Below are positions 57,900 to 64,000 of a DNA stretch of 64,000 nt, in pieces. The DNA comes from an uncultured SAR86 cluster bacterium. Its GTDB lineage: Bacteria; Pseudomonadota; Gammaproteobacteria; Magnimaribacterales; D2472. The translations under genes and the position numbers were made by a program. Below the pieces are notes generated by a model that was given only the letters and a program-made list of their open reading frames with translations, was not told the DNA's origin and made no database searches. The stretch lies in NCBI GenBank assembly GCA_902512655.1, contig CABXJR010000002.1, positions 66,867-130,866 of the forward strand, in the 5' to 3' direction. How positions within the stretch are numbered: the stretch's first letter is position 1; every line of letters begins with the position of its first letter.

Positions 57900-58600
57900 T
57901 TCTTTTCGAAATAAAATGCAATGCTTTTTCCAAAAATAGGATTAATAATCTTTTCAAAATTATTCAGCCATGCAGGGCTATGTAAAATTTGATATTCAAG
58001 AAATTTTTTATATATTTTTACGAAGTAATTGGAATCTTGGTTATTCCAAAAAAGACATCGCAGCCACCAATAAGCACTATGCAGACCATGAAATCTTTCA
58101 GCATGATCATAATAAAATCCGCGATCAATAATCTCATTAATAATTTGGCGTTTTTTAAATATTCTTACATGCCCGCCAGGCATATTTTGATAGCCTGACG
58201 AGAGAGTCCAGCAAATTTTTTCAGGCCAAAATGAAGGAACGCTCGGCAAAAACTTTCCTCCAGGTTTTAGGACCCTGTAAATCTCATCAATTGATGCATG
58301 ATAATCATCCAGATGTTCTAAAACCTCTGAGCAAATCACTAGATCAAAGCTATTTTCTTCAAAGGGGAGATTGTATACAGAGCCTTGCATGAAAACAGTA
58401 GAGCCAGTGTTCAATTCTTTAAAAAAATCTAATCCTTCATTACATTTATTTAATGAATAAATATCCTGATCTAATCCAACACAATGCACATCTATATATT
58501 CTTGCAAAGAGCCAAAAATATGGCGCCCCCCTCCACAACCCACATCTAGAACTCTTGCATTAACTGGAAGATGAATATGTTTTAAGTTAAAAGTTAGCAT
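57896..58600 (-). CDS. Class I SAM-dependent methyltransferase (Methyltransf_11-like)
   Basis: 234 aa. It carries VLDVGCGGGRH, DLVICSEVLEHL and LKPGG. Its 4-nt and 7-nt overlaps with the flanking genes indicate one operon. Confidence 0.85.
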   Translation of the reverse strand: MLTFNLKHIHLPVNARVLDVGCGGGRHIFGSLQEYIDVHCVGLDQDIYSLNKCNEGLDFFKELNTGSTVFMQGSVYNLPFEENSFDLVICSEVLEHLDDYHASIDEIYRVLKPGGKFLPSVPSFWPEKICWTLSSGYQNMPGGHVRIFKKRQIINEIIDRGFYYDHAERFHGLHSAYWWLRCLFWNNQDSNYFVKIYKKFLEYQILHSPAWLNNFEKIINPIFGKSIAFYFEKK

Positions 58601-59895
58601 TTAAAATCTTGTATTATTTTATACATTAAATCCTCATAAGACTTTGAAATTTTTTGCCAATCAAAGTTTTCTATTATATGTTTTCTTCCGCTCTCAGCTC
58701 TATTTTGATACTTGGATGGATTTGACAAAATATTTCGTATAGATACTTCGATACTCTCTGAATCATTCGCAGGAATAAGCTCAGCAAAATTACTTGTGAT
58801 TTCAGGAATAGATGCAACATTTGTGGCAATCAGGGGAATGCTACATGCCATTGCCTCTCCAACGGGAAAACCAAAACCTTCATAAAGTGAGCTAACAATT
58901 GCAATATTACTGCTTGCATACTCAATTGCAATTTCTTCTTTTGTTAAATTAGTTTTGTAAACAATATTAGCTTCAATTTTTAGTTTTTGTATTAGGCGTT
59001 CGGTGTGGCCACCGTTCCTTGGAGCGCCAATAATAACAAGCCGCAGGGAAGGAAACTCTTCTTTTAATGCAGAGATAGCTTTTAAAGTAAAATCTAAGCC
59101 CTTTAAGGGAACATCAGCACTTGCTGTGGTAATAATTTGGCCCTTAGTTCTAGAAATATTATCTTTAGGAGAAAAAACCTTAAAATCAATTCCATTCGGT
59201 ATGACCGAAATCTTTTTGCTGGAGACGCTAAAATCTTTAGCAATATCTTTCTTTGAATTAATCGATGGGGTTGAGATAGCTTTTAATTTTGGGGCGACTT
59301 TTTTCTGCATTCTTAGAAAAGAAAACCATCGCCATCTTGAAATTTTTTGAATTATTCCTCTTGAAAATTCAAGATCATATTTATAGTCTTTGGTAATAGG
59401 GTGATGGATGATTTCAAGAACAGGGAGGCTTTTCTCAATTTCAAGAATACCGAAACTGATAGATTGGTTATCAATTAAAATATCATATGATGAGTTACAA
59501 ACTAACTTTTTTAACCTATTTCCAAATGTTTTCATTTCAGGGAACCCGCCGAATAAGGCAGAAAAAAATTCATACCAATCATCTAGAGTTCTATTTTTCT
59601 TATTTATGAACATAGAAAGTCTTTCTTTGAATACGAAAGTGCTGAATAAATCTAATCCGGGAGATTTAATTAAGTTAATTTCTGGCTCTAGATTTGGATA
59701 TGGTGGGCCAGATATTATGTCAACATTATGCCCGCGGGCCTGCAAGGCTTTAGATAACTCATATATAAATATACCCTGACCACCTCCAAATGGAGCGCTT
59801 CGATAGCTTGATATAGCAATATTTAATTTTGGATTCAATTTATATTTAAGATTGAATTTCGGTAAGCCAATCTGAATAGTTAGTATCCATGCCAC
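58594..59895 (-). CDS. Glycosyltransferase family 4 (GT-B, retaining)
   Basis: The C-terminal EX7E region is SSLYEGFGFPVGEAMACSIPLIATN. The N-terminal region is GGGQGIFIYELSKALQARGHNV. ATG 59895 overlaps ilvE by 50 nt. TTG 59838, 7 nt after the ilvE stop, is an alternative start. Confidence 0.85.
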   Translation of the reverse strand: MAWILTIQIGLPKFNLKYKLNPKLNIAISSYRSAPFGGGQGIFIYELSKALQARGHNVDIISGPPYPNLEPEINLIKSPGLDLFSTFVFKERLSMFINKKNRTLDDWYEFFSALFGGFPEMKTFGNRLKKLVCNSSYDILIDNQSISFGILEIEKSLPVLEIIHHPITKDYKYDLEFSRGIIQKISRWRWFSFLRMQKKVAPKLKAISTPSINSKKDIAKDFSVSSKKISVIPNGIDFKVFSPKDNISRTKGQIITTASADVPLKGLDFTLKAISALKEEFPSLRLVIIGAPRNGGHTERLIQKLKIEANIVYKTNLTKEEIAIEYASSNIAIVSSLYEGFGFPVGEAMACSIPLIATNVASIPEITSNFAELIPANDSESIEVSIRNILSNPSKYQNRAESGRKHIIENFDWQKISKSYEDLMYKIIQDFKC

Positions 59896-60772
59896 AAACT
59901 ATCTCAGAATATTTATTCTGAATAATCTCAGTAATTGGGCCAATAGAACCAGAACCAATTGTTGAACCATCAACAGTAGTAATTGGAGTAATTTCAACAG
60001 CCGTTCCAGAATAAAAAGCCTCATCAGCATCTAATAGATCCTGAAAAGAGAGATTTTTTTCTTCAACAGAATAATCAAGGTTTTTGGCAATAGAGATTAC
60101 GCTTTGCCTTGTAATTCCATTCAAACAATAATCTGTTGTGGGAGTAATTAATGCAGAATTTTTGACAATAAAAAGATTTTCTCCGCTCCCCTCAGATATA
60201 TAGCCGTTTTTATCCATAAGTATTGCTTCTTCAGCGCCCTTAGAAATGGCATCATTAACCGCCATAATTGAATTGACATATGTACCAATAATTTTATTGT
60301 TTGAATATAAGGGGTTGTCATATTGCTGAAAAGGTGACTTTATAACTGATATGCCATGTTTTTTAGCGTCTGGATCCATGTATGATGGCCATTCCCAGCA
60401 TGCAATAGCAACATTTACTGAGAGTGAGTCTTGAGATCTAAGACCCATAGACTCACTGCCAAGGTATACGATTGGCCTAATGTAGCCTTCTCTAAGTTTA
60501 TTTTTAGACATAGTATCTATTTGAGCTTGGCACAATTCATCAGCGGAATATGGGATAGTAATATTAATTTTTGATGCTGCAGAAAATAGTCTTTCAGTAT
60601 GCTCGGTTAATCTAAATATAGCTCCTCCATTTTTTGTTTCATATGCTCGAACTCCCTCAAAAACACCCATTCCATAGTGCAAAGTATTAGATAAAAGATG
60701 AATATTTGTATCATTAAATGGTTGAAAATCTCCATTCAGCCAAATAAATTTTGAGTCTGTATTAAGAAACAT
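59846..60772 (-). CDS. ilvE: Branched-chain amino acid aminotransferase
   Basis: 308 aa, fold-type IV PLP enzyme pattern (FEGVRAY..., EGSGENLF, GITR). Confidence 0.92.
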   Translation of the reverse strand: MFLNTDSKFIWLNGDFQPFNDTNIHLLSNTLHYGMGVFEGVRAYETKNGGAIFRLTEHTERLFSAASKINITIPYSADELCQAQIDTMSKNKLREGYIRPIVYLGSESMGLRSQDSLSVNVAIACWEWPSYMDPDAKKHGISVIKSPFQQYDNPLYSNNKIIGTYVNSIMAVNDAISKGAEEAILMDKNGYISEGSGENLFIVKNSALITPTTDYCLNGITRQSVISIAKNLDYSVEEKNLSFQDLLDADEAFYSGTAVEITPITTVDGSTIGSGSIGPITEIIQNKYSEIVCGMDTNYSDWLTEIQS

Positions 60773-60838
60773 GTTGTTTATGGTTTTAAGTCTCAGCTAT
60801 TATGACAAAACAACTCCTATAATGAAATTAAAATTACC

Positions 60839-62212
60839 ATGATCGATAAATCCATTTTTAGGGAATATGATATTCGGGGGATAGTTCCTGAACAAATAAA
60901 TGAATACTCAATAAAAGCTATAGCATCAGCCATATCAGCTAAGTGTCATGATGAAGAAGTTGATGAATTAGCTTTAGGTAGAGACGGGCGTCTTTCTGGG
61001 AGCGAGATATTAAACTCACTTTCACAAGAGTTGCGATTACTAGGAATAAAAATTGTTAATGTAGGGGTAGTAACAAGCCCTCTTTTGTATTTTGCTGCAA
61101 AAAAATTAAACTCTAAATCTGGTGTCATGATAACAGGCAGCCACAATCCAAAAAACTACAATGGCTTTAAAATAGTAATCAATGACTCACCAGTCTCGGG
61201 GACTGAGATGCTTGATTTAATTTCAAGTGAAATAATTCATTCCAAAGATACTGGATCTGAAATTGTTAAAGAAGACTTAATGGATGAATATATTGCTGAA
61301 GTTATTGCTCAAGCATCCAATAGTTCGAAAGAAATTAAAGTTGTTGTTGATTGCGGAAATGGGTCTGCTGGAGAAATTGCACCAAGATTAATGCGCGCAT
61401 TAGGATATGAAGTAGTGGAATTATTTTGTGAGGTGGATGGAAATTTTCCCAATCACCATCCTGATCCAGGTAAGGTAGAAAATCTACAAGACCTTATAAG
61501 CGCTGTAAAAGAGGAGGACGCAGACATTGGAGTTGCATTTGATGGAGATGGCGACAGGCTTGGAGTAGTAAGCAATCTAGGAGAAATTATTTACCCAGAT
61601 CAGCTTATGATGATATTTAGCAAAGCGGTATTGAAAAATAGTAAAAATAAAAAAATTGTATTTGATGTTAAGTGCACAAATTTACTTGATAAAATTATTA
61701 CTAAAGCTGGTGGCATGCCAGTAATGTCTCCCACAGGACATTTTCATATTAAAAATACCCTCAAAGAAACTAATGCTCCACTTGCTGGAGAAATGAGCGG
61801 GCATATCTTCTTTAATGATCAATGGTATGGCTTTGATGACGGACATTATTCAGCTTTTAGACTAATAGAAATAATGAAAAATTCTAAATCTTCTCTTGGA
61901 TCTATTTTTGATGAACTTCCGAAAGCGTACTCGACACCTGAAATTAATATAGATGTTGACGAAGATAAAAAATTTAAAATAGTCGAGGACTTTGTAGCAA
62001 AATCTGACTTTGAAAATGGTGAAAAAAACACAATTGATGGCTTGAGGGTTAATTTTGAAGATGGTTGGGGTCTACTGAGAGCCTCAAATACAACCCCAAA
62101 ACTGGTTTTGAGGTTTGAGGCAAATTCTCTTGAAAGATTGAAAGAAATACAAAGTATATTTATTCTTCAGCTAAAAAGAATTGATGAATCAATCAACATT
62201 GAGCTAAGCTAA
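60839..62212 (+). CDS. algC: Phosphomannomutase / phosphoglucomutase
   Basis: 457 aa. It has the active-site loop MITGSHNPKNYNGFK, the metal loop GVAFDGDGDR and the sugar loop GEMSGH. Confidence 0.9.
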   Translation: MIDKSIFREYDIRGIVPEQINEYSIKAIASAISAKCHDEEVDELALGRDGRLSGSEILNSLSQELRLLGIKIVNVGVVTSPLLYFAAKKLNSKSGVMITGSHNPKNYNGFKIVINDSPVSGTEMLDLISSEIIHSKDTGSEIVKEDLMDEYIAEVIAQASNSSKEIKVVVDCGNGSAGEIAPRLMRALGYEVVELFCEVDGNFPNHHPDPGKVENLQDLISAVKEEDADIGVAFDGDGDRLGVVSNLGEIIYPDQLMMIFSKAVLKNSKNKKIVFDVKCTNLLDKIITKAGGMPVMSPTGHFHIKNTLKETNAPLAGEMSGHIFFNDQWYGFDDGHYSAFRLIEIMKNSKSSLGSIFDELPKAYSTPEINIDVDEDKKFKIVEDFVAKSDFENGEKNTIDGLRVNFEDGWGLLRASNTTPKLVLRFEANSLERLKEIQSIFILQLKRIDESINIELS

Positions 62213-62216
62213 AGCA

Positions 62217-62789
62217 ATGCCAAAAGATAGAAAGCAAATTATTCTACAGAGTTTAGCGAAGCTTCTAGAAGAAAGAGATGCGACCAAAGTAACCACTGCG
62301 GTTTTAGCCTCAGAAAGCGGTATTACTGAAGCAGCGTTATATAGACATTTTCCTAGCAAGCGATCAATTTTTTTAGAATTATTTTCATTTTGCGATCAAA
62401 CTATTTTTCACAAAGTTGGAGAAATCAAAAAAGAGTCTGAAATAGACTCAGAAGAAAAAGTAAGATTAATATTCTTTTTTTATGCAATTTTTTTAGAGAA
62501 AAATAAAGGTTTTGCAAGGATATTATCCCGAGAGGCATTGGGTCCTAGTGAGCAAAATGTGATAGATTCTGTGAATCAATTTTATGAGAGATTGGAACTG
62601 TCATTAAAACAACTGCTTTCATCAAAAAAAGATTCTTTAAAGCTGACGGCAGGTCAAAGTGCTCATCTCATTACCTCAATAATGGAAGGAATGATTTCAC
62701 GTTTTATTAGAAGTAAGTTCAAGGAAGTTCCTAGTAGTTATATTGAAAATTATTGGACTTTGATTGTAAGCAGTATCTTTAAAAGCTAA
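62217..62789 (+). CDS. slmA: Nucleoid occlusion factor SlmA (TetR family)
   Basis: 190 aa. RKQIILQSLAKLLEE...VTTAVLASESGITEAALYRHFPSKRSIF aligns closely with the E. coli SlmA N-terminus. Confidence 0.85.
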   Translation: MPKDRKQIILQSLAKLLEERDATKVTTAVLASESGITEAALYRHFPSKRSIFLELFSFCDQTIFHKVGEIKKESEIDSEEKVRLIFFFYAIFLEKNKGFARILSREALGPSEQNVIDSVNQFYERLELSLKQLLSSKKDSLKLTAGQSAHLITSIMEGMISRFIRSKFKEVPSSYIENYWTLIVSSIFKS

Positions 62790-64000
62790 ATATCTTCATC
62801 TAAAGAAAGTTCAAAATAAGAATTCTGACTACTTTCATCTACTGGTTTACCTGTTTCACGATCTACGCGAACATAGGAAAGGCCTTCTGGGATTTTCCAG
62901 TCTTCTTCAGGAAGGTTCACAAGGGCCATTTTCATAAAATCAACCCAAGCAGGCAATGCTATAGTGGAGCCATACTCATTATCTCCTAGAGAAGAAAAAT
63001 CGTCAGTTCCAACCCAAACAGTTGTTGCTAAATTATTATGAAAGCCTGAAAACCAAGTGCTGATTGCATTATTTGTTGTCCCAGTTTTTCCAGCAATATC
63101 ATTACGATTTAAAACTTGGACTTTCCTTCTATTGCTGCCTCTCATGAGACCCTCTCGCAATATATCTTTGGTTATGAAAGTTATTCTGGGGTCAATAACT
63201 TCGGTGGATTCCTTGTTCATAGGGGGCAGCAAATAAAAAGGTTTAATTTCCTCGGTTAGTTGAGTTTGAAACCATGGAAAGGCATCAATATTCTTTTTAT
63301 TATTTTCTGTCTGAGGATTTTGAAAAATAGTTTTCCCGTTTCTATCTAATACTCGCTCTATAAAAAATAGATCTTTCAGATCCTTAGAATTAGCCATGAT
63401 ACTGTATGCTCTAACCATCTCCGCAGGAGAAAAACTTGACGAACCAAGCGCAAGTGATAAATCTGGAGCGAGTCTAGATTTGGAGAAACCGAACTTTGAT
63501 AAATAATTTTGCGTTAGCGGGATTCCCATTTCTCTTAACAACTTTATCGAAACCAAATTTATTGACTGCACTAAAGCTTCTCTCAGCCTAATAGGACCAT
63601 AAAATTTACCTGTATAATTTTCAGGCCTCCAACTACTTTCTAAATTAGAGTCCTCAAAGATAATAGGAGCATCATTTATTTTATCCGATGCCTTATAGCC
63701 ATTAGCAAAAGCAGCGGCATAGATAAAAGGTTTAAAGCTCGAACCTGCTTGAGGATATGATTGTCTAACTCTATCAAAATTACTTTTTGAGAAATTTAAC
63801 CCTCCAATATAAGTTTTGATTGCCCCATTGGATGGGTCTGTGGAAATGAATGCAACTTCAGCTTCAGGCACTTGATCAAGATAAAGAGCTCCATTTAAAT
63901 CCGATAAATATATCAAATCTCCCAAACGAAGAATGTCATAAAAATTCTGAGGACGGGGGCCCAATTTATTAATATTTATTCTTCGTCTTGCCCACTTATA
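62786..64000 (-). CDS. mrcA: Penicillin-binding protein 1A (C-terminal transpeptidase part; 5' end beyond window end)
   Basis: The transpeptidase motifs SSFKP (SxxK), SIN (SxN) and KTGTT are present. The frame stays open upstream of the track's TTG 63964 through 64000 (YKWARRRININKLGPRP...), so the gene continues outside the window. Confidence 0.9.
   Translation of the reverse strand, partial: YKWARRRININKLGPRPQNFYDILRLGDLIYLSDLNGALYLDQVPEAEVAFISTDPSNGAIKTYIGGLNFSKSNFDRVRQSYPQAGSSFKPFIYAAAFANGYKASDKINDAPIIFEDSNLESSWRPENYTGKFYGPIRLREALVQSINLVSIKLLREMGIPLTQNYLSKFGFSKSRLAPDLSLALGSSSFSPAEMVRAYSIMANSKDLKDLFFIERVLDRNGKTIFQNPQTENNKKNIDAFPWFQTQLTEEIKPFYLLPPMNKESTEVIDPRITFITKDILREGLMRGSNRRKVQVLNRNDIAGKTGTTNNAISTWFSGFHNNLATTVWVGTDDFSSLGDNEYGSTIALPAWVDFMKMALVNLPEEDWKIPEGLSYVRVDRETGKPVDESSQNSYFELSLDEDI

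Overview
A 64-kb, very gene-dense chromosomal segment with 64 CDS and 1 tRNA. By my count only a few percent is non-coding. It looks AT-rich, roughly mid-30s %GC by eye (not computed). The host appears to be a streamlined gammaproteobacterium. Gene order is Pseudomonas/Oceanospirillales-like: pheST-rplT-rpmI-infC; gyrA-serC-pheA-hisC-tyrA-aroA-cmk-rpsA; ubiG-HAD phosphatase-SDR; scpA-scpB-rluB; nrdR-ribD-ribBX-ribH-nusB; miaA/hflKC/purA. The AT-richness plus a TonB-dependent receptor with acyl-CoA dehydrogenase/thiolase genes fits a SAR86-like marine lineage, but that is inference only. I saw no CRISPR array, IS element, integrase, rRNA or prophage block. Most of the window is housekeeping. 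Items worth a second look: (1) 56261-59895, a four-gene cassette (GT4 glycosyltransferase, two SAM methyltransferases, an alpha/alpha-barrel protein) next to waaA/lpxL. Its composition and protein sizes mirror the actinobacterial methylmannose-polysaccharide cluster. (2) 24302-25664, a chromosomal, non-prophage pair: a protein with two tandem DnaT-like domains overlapping a phage-lambda-P-like protein, possibly a helicase-loading or primosome module. (3) 25667-25684, a perfect TyrR-box consensus just upstream of an RND efflux operon. (4) 39312-41634, an overlapping acyl-CoA dehydrogenase pair in which one member has degenerate FAD motifs (alpha2beta2-type), in a TBDR/thiolase locus. This locus also holds the only clear intrinsic terminator, which abuts a small membrane-protein ORF. 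(5) Streamlining signatures: PheT without the B2 domain, five-domain S1, no hfq-hflX between miaA and hflK, and all five convergent gene junctions overlapping or separated by 1 nt. All functional calls rest on reading the translations by eye against remembered family motifs. No database search was run.
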